Below are positions 1 through 8,828 of a stretch of 64,000 nt of DNA, in pieces (position 1 is the first letter of the stretch; the number at the start of each line of letters is the position of its first letter). This DNA comes from an uncultured Prolixibacteraceae bacterium. GTDB lineage: Bacteria; Bacteroidota; Bacteroidia; Bacteroidales; FEN-979. The stretch lies in assembly GCA_964455285.1 (NCBI GenBank), contig CAYVVG010000012.1, positions 672 through 64,671 on the forward strand, read 5' to 3'. Both the position numbers and the translations under genes were made by a program. The notes below the pieces were generated by a model. The model saw only the letters and a program-made list of their open reading frames with translations, was not told the DNA's origin and did no database searches.

Positions 1-510
1 CAAACCTGCCGGAATCACTGCGAGATACAAGGTCCGAACGGACGGCAGGCATTGACGGTCCCGGTCAGGAAGGCGGAGGGGAACCACACCCGGACCTGCG
101 ACGTCAGGATATTATACGATCAGCCCTGGCATAAACTCCACTGGCGATCCATTGAAACGGCGTACAGCAATTCGCCGTTTTTTCTTTATTACCAGGACGC
201 TTTCCGGCCATTTTTTGAACGTGAGTTCACCTTTCTCCTCGATCTTAATTGTGAGCTCCTGCAGGTGCTTCTCGACTTGCTGAATGTCGGGATACCCATC
301 ACCACCTCCCGTCAATACGAGGCTATCCCTGCCGGAATGACCGACCTGCGCGAAAAACTGGGTGGCAAACACACGCTGAGGCACTACGAACACCCACCCT
401 ACACCCAGGTATTCGAACCCCGCCACGGGTTCCTTCCCGGCCTGAGCATCCTGGATGCCATCTGCAACCTGGGTCCTGAAACCAACCATTACCTTCTTTC
501 AGTCCGCTGA
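1..510 (+). CDS. WbqC family protein (5' truncated by window edge)
   Basis: Frame 1 is open from base 1 (QTCRNHCEIQGPNGRQALTVPV). It carries the WbqC-typical HWRSIETAYSNSPFF and LSILDAICNLGP segments. Confidence 0.85.
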   Translation, partial: QTCRNHCEIQGPNGRQALTVPVRKAEGNHTRTCDVRILYDQPWHKLHWRSIETAYSNSPFFLYYQDAFRPFFEREFTFLLDLNCELLQVLLDLLNVGIPITTSRQYEAIPAGMTDLREKLGGKHTLRHYEHPPYTQVFEPRHGFLPGLSILDAICNLGPETNHYLLSVR

Positions 511-548
511 TTTTTTTTGTTTTTACTCCCCGGGGTGCTAATTTTATG

Positions 549-571
549 TACTTTTGCATAGAATGATTCTA
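549..571 (+). promoter_or_regulatory. Bacteroidota -7 box (TACTTTTG, 549-556) followed by perfect palindrome TAGAAT-G-ATTCTA (559-571); likely Fur-type operator of feoAB
   Basis: Both elements read directly from the sequence, just upstream of an iron-uptake gene. The regulator identity is inferred. Confidence 0.6.
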
Positions 572-577
572 AATTAA

Positions 578-2980
578 TTGACGACCCTCATCGATCTCCG
601 GCAAGGTGAAACCGGCATTATCCTGAAAGTCAAAGGCAGGGGTGCTTTCCGTAAAAGGATCACGGAAATGGGTTTTGTCAGCGGGCGGCAGGTAACCGTG
701 ATCAAAGCCGCACCGCTGCAGGATCCTGTCGAATACCGCATCATCGGGTACCACCTGTCGCTGCGGCGGAGTGAAGCTGCCCTGATCGAAGTGGAGCCAG
801 TGTCGGCTGCGAATCCTGAGGCAGGGAGCAGGCCAATGCTTTTTGACTACCGGGGAACCATCCGGGAAGAGACCCCTCGCACGGAGACGGGCGACCGGGG
901 GAAGACCATCGAGGTGGCGCTGGTCGGCAATCCGAACTGCGGAAAGACCACGCTGTTCAACATTGCTTCAGGCTCCCATGAACGTGTGGGCAATTTCAGC
1001 GGCGTCACGGTCGATTCGAAAGATGCCGTGTTCCGGCAGAAAGGGTACACCTTCAACCTGACCGACCTCCCCGGAACCTATTCTCTGACTGCTTATACCC
1101 CCGAAGAGATCTTCGTCAGGCAACATATTACCGACCGGGTGCCCGATATCGTAGTGAACGTGGTGGACGGGTCGAACCTGGAGAGGAACCTTTACCTGAC
1201 CACCCAGCTCATTGACATGGACATCAGGGTGGTGATCGCCCTGAATATGTACGACGAGTTCCTGGAAAGCGGGAACCGGATCGACCATGAAGCGTTGGGA
1301 AAACTCCTGGGCATCCCGGTCATTCCGACAGTCAGCTCGAAAGGGACCGGCATTTCAGAGCTTTTCGACCGGATCATCGAGGTATTCGAGGACCGCGATC
1401 CGGTGGTGAGACATGTCCATATCAACTATGGCACCGAACTGGAACGATCCATCCTTAAGATCCAGGAAGCCATCCGCCTTGACCAGCCGCTCACCGACAG
1501 GATCTCGTCGCGGTTTTACAGCATAAAATTGCTGGAAAAGGATGCCTCCGTACTCGAATCGCTCCGTTCATCACCCTTTTGCGGAGAGATCAGCAGCGCG
1601 GCGGAAAGAGAGATCCAGCGGCTGGAGAATATCTTCCACGACGATTCGGCCACCCTGACGACCGATGCGAAATACGGCTTTGTCTCCGGGGCTTTGCGGG
1701 AAACCATGCGAACCACACGTCCCGAAGGTCCTTCCCGCTCGGTCAGTGACCGGATCGACGGCATACTGACACACCGGATCCTCGGATTCCCGGTCTTCAT
1801 CCTCTTCCTGTGGATCATGTTCCAGTCGACCTTCACTTTCGGGGAATATCCCAAGGAGTGGATTTCCGCCGGCGTCGCGTGGATCGGTTCCGGCACCGAC
1901 ACGCTTCTTCCGGCCGGACCGTTCAGGGACCTGATGGTGGACGGGATCATCAACGGGGTGGGCAGCGTGATCGTATTTCTGCCCAACATCCTGATCCTGT
2001 TCCTGTTCATCTCGCTGATGGAGGATTCGGGATACATGGCACGCGCCGCGTTCATCATGGACAAGCTCATGCATAAAATGGGGCTCCACGGCCAGTCGTT
2101 CATTCCGCTCATCATGGGATTCGGCTGCAATGTTCCCGCCATCATGGTGACCCGGACGCTGAAGGACCGCAACGACCGGCTGCTGACCATGCTGATCAAC
2201 CCTTTCATGTCGTGCAGTGCGCGACTTCCGGTGTACATCCTGATCGCCGGTGCGGTATTTCCCGACATTGCGGGGACTGTCATCTTCGGGCTATATATAA
2301 CCGGCATCCTCCTGGCTATTATCATATCCCTGATCTTCAAAAAGTTGCTGTTTAAAAGCCGGGAGGCGCCATTTGTCATGGAACTGCCCCCTTACCGCAT
2401 GCCTACCCTCCATGTGATCTTCCGGCACATGTGGGAGAAAGGCCGGCAATACCTGAATAAAATGGGAGGTGTGATCCTGATCGCGGTGATCCTGATCTGG
2501 GCGTTGGAATATTTTCCCGGTGGCAGCAATCTCAGCTGGGAAGATCGCTTGCAGAAATCGTACATCGCCCGGCTAGGGCATTTTATCGAACCGGTGATCG
2601 CCCCGCTGGGTTTTGACTGGCGAATGGGTGTGAGCCTGATCACGGGTGCCGCGGCCAAGGAGGTAGTGGTAAGCACGATGGGCGTCCTTTTCGGGAAAGA
2701 TCACTTTCATCACCAGGAAACCCACGAATCCCTAGGAGAACAGCTTCGCGGAGCCACATACGGAGCCGGGAAAAACCAGGGTGAACGGCTTTTCACCCCC
2801 CTTGTGGGCGTTTCATTCCTCCTGTTCATACTGATCTACATGCCCTGCATCGCTGTTGTGGCAACGGTAAACCGTGAATCAGGCAGCTGGAAATGGGCTC
2901 TGTTCCTGATCACCTATACGACGCTGCTGGCATGGATCCTGTCGTTCCTGGTTTACCAGGTCGGCTCCTTAATACTATGA
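578..2980 (+). CDS. feoB: Ferrous iron transporter, FeoA-FeoB fusion
   Basis: N-terminal FeoA SH3-like domain (RITEMGF...APLQDPVEY), G1 GNPNCGKTT, DLPGTYSL, gate motifs GFGCNVPA and MSCSARLP, multiple TM helices. TTG start. Confidence 0.95.
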   Translation: MTTLIDLRQGETGIILKVKGRGAFRKRITEMGFVSGRQVTVIKAAPLQDPVEYRIIGYHLSLRRSEAALIEVEPVSAANPEAGSRPMLFDYRGTIREETPRTETGDRGKTIEVALVGNPNCGKTTLFNIASGSHERVGNFSGVTVDSKDAVFRQKGYTFNLTDLPGTYSLTAYTPEEIFVRQHITDRVPDIVVNVVDGSNLERNLYLTTQLIDMDIRVVIALNMYDEFLESGNRIDHEALGKLLGIPVIPTVSSKGTGISELFDRIIEVFEDRDPVVRHVHINYGTELERSILKIQEAIRLDQPLTDRISSRFYSIKLLEKDASVLESLRSSPFCGEISSAAEREIQRLENIFHDDSATLTTDAKYGFVSGALRETMRTTRPEGPSRSVSDRIDGILTHRILGFPVFILFLWIMFQSTFTFGEYPKEWISAGVAWIGSGTDTLLPAGPFRDLMVDGIINGVGSVIVFLPNILILFLFISLMEDSGYMARAAFIMDKLMHKMGLHGQSFIPLIMGFGCNVPAIMVTRTLKDRNDRLLTMLINPFMSCSARLPVYILIAGAVFPDIAGTVIFGLYITGILLAIIISLIFKKLLFKSREAPFVMELPPYRMPTLHVIFRHMWEKGRQYLNKMGGVILIAVILIWALEYFPGGSNLSWEDRLQKSYIARLGHFIEPVIAPLGFDWRMGVSLITGAAAKEVVVSTMGVLFGKDHFHHQETHESLGEQLRGATYGAGKNQGERLFTPLVGVSFLLFILIYMPCIAVVATVNRESGSWKWALFLITYTTLLAWILSFLVYQVGSLIL

Positions 2981-2984
2981 AAAT

Positions 2985-3146
2985 ATGGACTGGCAAATGA
3001 TTCTTGTTCTGATCGTCGTTGCAACGGCCGCCTTTTCGACCGTACGGCGCATGGTGCAGTTTTTCCGCACCCCGGCCTCACGCTGTGACGGCTGCCACGG
3101 TTGTGCGCTGAAGAACAGCGGAAAGCCACCTTTTTCCTACCTTTGA
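2985..3146 (+). CDS. FeoB-associated Cys-rich small membrane protein (53 aa; not in the ORF track)
   Basis: Hand translation: MDWQMILVLIVVATAAFSTVRRMVQFFRTPASRCDGCHGCALKNSGKPPFSYL. One TM helix plus CxxCxxC, starting 4 bp after the feoB stop. Confidence 0.8.
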   Translation: MDWQMILVLIVVATAAFSTVRRMVQFFRTPASRCDGCHGCALKNSGKPPFSYL

Positions 3147-3164
3147 CAGATCAAATCCCTCCTC

Positions 3165-3974
3165 ATGGAAAACGGAATTTGCCTGCAAAGCATAATCCCT
3201 GTCCGGTCGTCCGGTTCGCACCGGGCTGAAATGGTGTCACAACTCCTCTTTGGCGAGTTGTACACGATCACGGACCGGGAAGAGGGATGGATGAAGATCC
3301 GTTGTTTTCACGACGGGTACGAGGGATGGATCCATGAATTGCAGGCGTTCCCACTCGACGACGAGGAATTCAGTCGCCTGGCACAGGCATTTACCCCCGT
3401 CACCCTCGACCTGGTGCAACTCCTGTCGGATGAATCGGGGCATACGCTGATTCCTCTTTTGCTGGGAAGCTCCCTTCCCGGACTGGATGGGCCGGATCTT
3501 CGCATCGGGTCCAACCGCTATTTTTTCGAAGGACAGGTTTCGGAACAATCCGTCATGTCATTGAGCGGTCAGTCTGTCGCATCCGGCACTCCGGGAGGGC
3601 AATTGATCAGCGATGCCATGCTGTACCTGAATGCCCCTTACCTGTGGGGAGGACGTTCGCCGTTTGGCCTGGATTGTTCGGGATTCACCCAGATGGTTTA
3701 CAAGCTTCACGGCATCACGCTGGCGAGAGATGCCTCCCAGCAGGCCGGCATGGGAGAGGGGGTGGCGTGGATCGCCGAGGCGGAAGCCGGGGATCTGGCG
3801 TTCTTCGAAAACCCGGATGGGGAGATCATCCATGTCGGAATGCTCACCAGCCGAAGCACCATCATCCATTGTTCCGGGAAGGTCAGGATCGATCCACTCG
3901 ATCACCAGGGAATTTTCAGCGAATCACAGCAACGTTACACCCACAACCTAAGGCTGATACGGAGGATCCTCTGA
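3165..3974 (+). CDS. NlpC/P60 (C40) peptidase with N-terminal SH3-like domain
   Basis: APYLWGGRSPFGLDCSGF catalytic Cys motif, HVG His motif, N-terminal SQLLFGE. TACCTTTG promoter box at 3138-3145. Confidence 0.9.
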   Translation: MENGICLQSIIPVRSSGSHRAEMVSQLLFGELYTITDREEGWMKIRCFHDGYEGWIHELQAFPLDDEEFSRLAQAFTPVTLDLVQLLSDESGHTLIPLLLGSSLPGLDGPDLRIGSNRYFFEGQVSEQSVMSLSGQSVASGTPGGQLISDAMLYLNAPYLWGGRSPFGLDCSGFTQMVYKLHGITLARDASQQAGMGEGVAWIAEAEAGDLAFFENPDGEIIHVGMLTSRSTIIHCSGKVRIDPLDHQGIFSESQQRYTHNLRLIRRIL

Positions 3975-3991
3975 TCCCGTCCCCGGCACGT

Positions 3992-4654
3992 CTACTCTTT
4001 TTTACGTTCAACCCGGGGTTGGTTGAATACCCAGATCAGGCGTACGGTGATCACATTGTTGTACTGGTAGCGTGTTTCGGGCTGCTGGTAGGGTACCGTA
4101 TAATTCACCAGCACTTTCCGAAAGTTCTTCAAGGTATACTGGTATCGCAGGTTCGCCCACAACTTGCTCCAGATCCGCACCTTCAGGTCGGCGATCACGG
4201 CGAACTCATTGTTCGATATATTGTTCTGGTACTGGTAGATGCTGTCGTAGAAACTGTTCCTGGTCTCCTTGTAATTGATCAGCCGTCCGTAGGAAAAACC
4301 GATCCCCCCCGCGATCAGGTTTTTGTCAGTATAGTGTATCACCACCGGGATCTCGGCATAATCCAGGTTCATGCGGAAGGTGGTCGAATCTGCATCTCCC
4401 CCGTGGTAGCTTCCTTTCTGGGTGTAGAGCAACTCCATGCTGGCCGACCATTGCCGTTTCGTTCCGAACGGGACTGTCACCATCGGTCCGATGTTGAGCC
4501 CCGCTTTATGGTATCCGTAGTATTCATCACCGTCAACCTGGGTCAGGTTCATGCCGGCACTTACCGCTCCCAGGATACGCTGTGCCGGCACGCTGCCGGA
4601 CTGAAGCATCAGAACCAGCAGGATTGAAAATGAGAGAGATCTATAGCAGCGCAT
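3992..4654 (-). CDS. Outer-membrane beta-barrel protein (PorT-like/OMP beta-barrel family)
   Basis: Signal peptide ending before QR, AGMNLTQVDGD motif, alternating beta-strand pattern, terminal RLIWVFN strand. Confidence 0.7.
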   Translation of the reverse strand: MRCYRSLSFSILLVLMLQSGSVPAQRILGAVSAGMNLTQVDGDEYYGYHKAGLNIGPMVTVPFGTKRQWSASMELLYTQKGSYHGGDADSTTFRMNLDYAEIPVVIHYTDKNLIAGGIGFSYGRLINYKETRNSFYDSIYQYQNNISNNEFAVIADLKVRIWSKLWANLRYQYTLKNFRKVLVNYTVPYQQPETRYQYNNVITVRLIWVFNQPRVERKKE

Positions 4655-4686
4655 GCACCCCCGGAATAGGAACGATAGTTTAACGG

Positions 4687-6840
4687 TTAATTGCCGGTCT
4701 TAGTATTCCCGGTTTTCATGGTCAGTTGGATTCGCTTGCGTTCCTGGTCCACCTCCAGCACCTCCACCATGACTTTCTGATGAAGTTTCACCACATCGTT
4801 CGGGTCTCTCACGAACCGGTCGGCCAACTGGCTGATGTGCACCAGGCCGTCCTGGTGAACGCCGATATCGACAAAGACCCCGAAGTTGGTGATGTTGGTC
4901 ACGATCCCGGGCAGCTTCATTCCTGTCCGGAGATCTCCCATGGAATGTATATGCTTATCGAATTCGAACATTTCGAACTGTTCGCGGGGGTCGCGACCCG
5001 GTTTGGCAAGTTCCTGCAAGATATCCTGAAGGGTCGGGATCCCCACGGTGTCGCTGACAAAATCCTCCAGGCGGATCAATGACCGGAGTTCCTGCCGTCC
5101 GATCAGATCATCGACCGTGCAGTTCAGTTTTGCGGCCATGCGGGAAACTACCGGGTAACTTTCGGGGTGGACCGCGCTCCGGTCGAGAGGATTCTCTGCA
5201 TCGCGTATCCGCAGAAAACCTGCCGCCTGTTCAAAAGCCTTATCGCCGAAACGGGTCACCTTTTTCAACCCTGCCCGGGACCGGAAAGGTCCGTTCTTAT
5301 TCCGGTAATCGATGATGTTCCTGGCCAGCGCGGGTCCAAGCCCCGAAACATAGGTCAGCAGCTCCTCGCTGGCTGTATTGACTTCCACTCCCACTTTGTT
5401 GACACAGCTCATCACCGTATCATCGAGGCTTTTCGACAAGCCGGCCGGGTCCACATCATGCTGGTACTGCCCCACTCCGATCGACTTCGGGTCGATCTTG
5501 ACCAGTTCGGCAAGCGGGTCCATCAGCCGGCGGCCGATCGACACCGCCCCCCTTACCGTGACATCATAGTCGGGGAATTCCTTCCGGGCCACAGCCGAAG
5601 CAGAATAAACGGAAGCCCCGCTTTCGTTCACCACCAGGGCGATCACATCGCGGTCGAAAGCGACCGCCCGTATCAGTCGCTCGGTCTCCCTCCCCGCGGT
5701 CCCGTTGCCGATGGCAATAGCATCGATCTTGTATGCGTTGACCAGGCTTTTTATCTTATGGATCGACTCCCTGACCTCATTCTGAGGGGGGTGGGGATAG
5801 ATGGTCTCATTATGAACAAGCTTTCCCTGCCGGTCGAGGCAAACCACTTTGCAGCCGGTCCGGAAGCCGGGATCGATCGCCAGTACATTCTTCTGACCGA
5901 GCGGCGGAGCCAGCAGAAGTTGCCGGAGATTCTCCACAAAGACCCGGATGGCTTCCTGGTCGGCTCTTTCCTTGGCCCACTGCCGCATTTCCGTTTCCAT
6001 CGAAGGGAATAACAGACGTTTGCAGCTGTCACGGATCGCCTCCTTCACGATGCCGGAAGAGGCATTGCTGCCCCGAACGAAAATACGGTCAAGGATTCCG
6101 AAAGCCACTGTTTCGTCCACCCCGACCGACATGCGGAGATATCCCTCGTTCTCGCCCCGGAACATGGCCAGCAGCCGGTGCGACGGGGCTTTGGACAGGG
6201 GTTCGTGATAATCAAAATACATCTTGAAATTGATTCCATCCTGTTCCTTCCCTTTTACCACCTTGACAGCAACTTCCGATTCGCGCTGGAACAGTGTGCG
6301 GATGCGTTTCCTGGCAGGCACATCCTCGTTAACGGTCTCGGCGATGATATCGGCAGCACCCCGGATCGCCTCATCGGCCGTAGGTACACCCTTTTCAGTA
6401 TCCACGAACTTCATGGCATGGGTCTTCAAATCATGATATTGCTGCGACAGGATCAGCCGGGCCAGTGGCTCCAGCCCCTTTTCACGGGCAATGCTGGCGC
6501 GGGTCCTCCTCTTCGGGCGGTAAGGAAGATAAATATCCTCCAGTTCCGACAGCGTCGCCGCCCCCATGACGGCCGCTTCCAGTTCGGGTGTCAGCTTCTC
6601 CTGCTCCCTCAACGAGTTTAGGACCGATTCGCGCCGGGCGTCCAGTTCCTTCAGGCGGATCAGCCGGTCGCGCACATGCATGATGGCAACCTCGTCCATC
6701 GAACCGGTCATCTCTTTTCGGTACCGGGCAATGAAAGGAACTGTCGCCCCTCCTTCAAGAAGGTTGATCACATTCAGGACAAAGCCCTTATTCTGATTTA
6801 TTTCGGCTGCAATGATGCCGGCATATTTTTCACTGATCAT
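4687..6840 (-). CDS. tex: Tex family RNA-binding transcriptional accessory protein
   Basis: GATVPFIARYRKE, YqgF/RNase H-like DPGFRTGCK, IGVGQYQHDV, HhH region, C-terminal S1 domain (FGVFVDIGVHQDGLVHISQL). Confidence 0.95.
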   Translation of the reverse strand: MISEKYAGIIAAEINQNKGFVLNVINLLEGGATVPFIARYRKEMTGSMDEVAIMHVRDRLIRLKELDARRESVLNSLREQEKLTPELEAAVMGAATLSELEDIYLPYRPKRRTRASIAREKGLEPLARLILSQQYHDLKTHAMKFVDTEKGVPTADEAIRGAADIIAETVNEDVPARKRIRTLFQRESEVAVKVVKGKEQDGINFKMYFDYHEPLSKAPSHRLLAMFRGENEGYLRMSVGVDETVAFGILDRIFVRGSNASSGIVKEAIRDSCKRLLFPSMETEMRQWAKERADQEAIRVFVENLRQLLLAPPLGQKNVLAIDPGFRTGCKVVCLDRQGKLVHNETIYPHPPQNEVRESIHKIKSLVNAYKIDAIAIGNGTAGRETERLIRAVAFDRDVIALVVNESGASVYSASAVARKEFPDYDVTVRGAVSIGRRLMDPLAELVKIDPKSIGVGQYQHDVDPAGLSKSLDDTVMSCVNKVGVEVNTASEELLTYVSGLGPALARNIIDYRNKNGPFRSRAGLKKVTRFGDKAFEQAAGFLRIRDAENPLDRSAVHPESYPVVSRMAAKLNCTVDDLIGRQELRSLIRLEDFVSDTVGIPTLQDILQELAKPGRDPREQFEMFEFDKHIHSMGDLRTGMKLPGIVTNITNFGVFVDIGVHQDGLVHISQLADRFVRDPNDVVKLHQKVMVEVLEVDQERKRIQLTMKTGNTKTGN

Positions 6841-8828
6841 TGTACAATGTTCACAACACCTTTAAATACCACGTCCCCACTGGTGATGATATCCTGTCCC
6901 GGAAAACTGATCTTGACCACCCAGATGTAACTTTCCGGAGGACACACCTGTCCTCCCGCTTTGCCGTCCCACCCTTTATCCACATCATCCGATTCAAAGA
7001 CCATCTGCCCCCACCGGTCAAAGATCACCATGCTGAAGTTAATGTTACGGTACAAGCCGTTGACGCGGAACACATCGTTCAGCCCGTCGCCGTTGGGAGA
7101 AAAAGCATTAGGGATAAAATACTCGAAAACTTTTACATACGTTGTGTCGGAATGGGTGCAGCAATAAACGTCTTTCACCCTGGCCCAGTACGATCCCTGG
7201 GTCCCCGCCACAATGGTGGATGCGGCAGAACCCGTTGACCAGAGGTACTCCGGGAAACCCTCGCCCGCATGGAGGGTAATGGTTGAGCCTGTGTACAGCA
7301 ATACGGTATCCTCCAGTGTTATGAAGGGTTTCGGATGACTGACCACCCTGACGGAGTCGGTAAAAGACTGACCTTCATAAGTCAGGGTGAGTCTTACTGT
7401 ATACTGCCCGGGTGTTGAAAAAGGATGCATGGGATCCGGAAGGGACGAGGTGGCACCATCGCCAAAATCCCACGAAACTGCATCGATGTTCGCCGGATTG
7501 GTAATGCGGAACCGTGTGACATCCCCTTCGCAAACACTGTCCCAGGTGAAGGGAGGGAGATAGAGGTAGCTCTGCACCAGGTTCGGCAGGCTGTAAATGC
7601 TCTTTCTCCCCAGCAAATCGAAGCGCACTCCCGGATTATGGTCCAGCCTGTTGAGATTACAGGCCGATCCCGGCCGGTCGGGGTTGTAGATCACCTCGAG
7701 GGAATCTCTCTTTATCTTGAGATTGTTGGTCCGGCTGATGTATATCCGGCCGTCGGGGGCCAGTTGCAGGGCGTTCCACCGAACATTGGCAGCCGAATCG
7801 ATGATGACGGGGTTCGTCAGCCCGTTGTTCAGGTCGAACTGGTAAAGACAGGTTGGCTTCTTTGGGACCGTTCCTCCCAGGTAATCAAGAACGGAAGCAT
7901 ACAACATCCGTCCGCTGGGAGAAAATTCGATCCCGTAAGGATGGATATCCGGTTTGTTCACCACGTAGCTCCGCGGGTTGGATACCCGGCCGGTCTCATT
8001 GTCGAAATCGAACAGTTCGATCCGCTTGTCGTAGGTAATCGACAACGCCAGCCTGGTCCCGTCGGGAGAGCACTTCATGTATCCTACCATGTTGTTGCGA
8101 GCCAGCTTGGTGGATGCGGAATGGCGGGTTCCGACCGCGCTTACGGTCGAGTCGACGATTCCCGATCCGGTGACCAGGTAAGCATGGAATTCGTCGGACT
8201 CCCACTTATGGGCGATGACCCAGATGCCGGTCTTGCTGTGGTTGGCCACTGCAGTCAGTTTCTGGCAGGAAGGGGTGACCAGGGGCAAATTGAGAACGGA
8301 TGATACGGCATCGCCGAGCCCGTTCCGCTCCCGCATGTCGATGATGGAGTACCGGAGTCCCTGGGTCGTGTATTTCGTTGAGTCGAGCAGATCATACCGG
8401 ACCATGTCGACCGTAAAAACCATGTACTGCGATTCCTCCCTGCCCATCGGCACGATGAGGCAGGGCTGGGTGACTCCCGGATCGCCCGCCAGCCCGGTCC
8501 CGTTCGGCATCGGAGAGAACGTCGTATCCCAAACGACCTTTCCGTTCGTAAAAAAACGGAAATTGCCCACGCTGTCGCAAACCGAGGCCGTCGCCTGGAA
8601 AGCGTTCATCAGATTCCCGTCGGCTAACGGAACTGCTTGCCCGCTCCTGAAATCGATGCCCGCCTTTTCGCCGAAGTACCATACCATGGCCTGTTTCTGC
8701 GAGCGGGGGCAATTGCTCCGGGTCCATGTTCCCTGGGCTGCGGCGGGTGCGGCCGGGATCAGGAACGCTAAGCAAGTTAGGACCAGGGCGGTGTAGGCCG
8801 GCAACCGGTATTTTTGCTTGGAAGACAC
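6837..8828 (-). CDS. Secreted beta-propeller/PKD protein with T9SS type B (gliding-motility-associated) C-terminal domain
   Basis: Signal peptide, WYFGEKAGIDF start, propeller-like repeats (SPDG, FSPSG), PKD motif WDFGDG, CTD IPNAFSPNGDGLNDVF...FDRWG...WDG. Confidence 0.85.
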   Translation of the reverse strand: MSSKQKYRLPAYTALVLTCLAFLIPAAPAAAQGTWTRSNCPRSQKQAMVWYFGEKAGIDFRSGQAVPLADGNLMNAFQATASVCDSVGNFRFFTNGKVVWDTTFSPMPNGTGLAGDPGVTQPCLIVPMGREESQYMVFTVDMVRYDLLDSTKYTTQGLRYSIIDMRERNGLGDAVSSVLNLPLVTPSCQKLTAVANHSKTGIWVIAHKWESDEFHAYLVTGSGIVDSTVSAVGTRHSASTKLARNNMVGYMKCSPDGTRLALSITYDKRIELFDFDNETGRVSNPRSYVVNKPDIHPYGIEFSPSGRMLYASVLDYLGGTVPKKPTCLYQFDLNNGLTNPVIIDSAANVRWNALQLAPDGRIYISRTNNLKIKRDSLEVIYNPDRPGSACNLNRLDHNPGVRFDLLGRKSIYSLPNLVQSYLYLPPFTWDSVCEGDVTRFRITNPANIDAVSWDFGDGATSSLPDPMHPFSTPGQYTVRLTLTYEGQSFTDSVRVVSHPKPFITLEDTVLLYTGSTITLHAGEGFPEYLWSTGSAASTIVAGTQGSYWARVKDVYCCTHSDTTYVKVFEYFIPNAFSPNGDGLNDVFRVNGLYRNINFSMVIFDRWGQMVFESDDVDKGWDGKAGGQVCPPESYIWVVKISFPGQDIITSGDVVFKGVVNIVQ

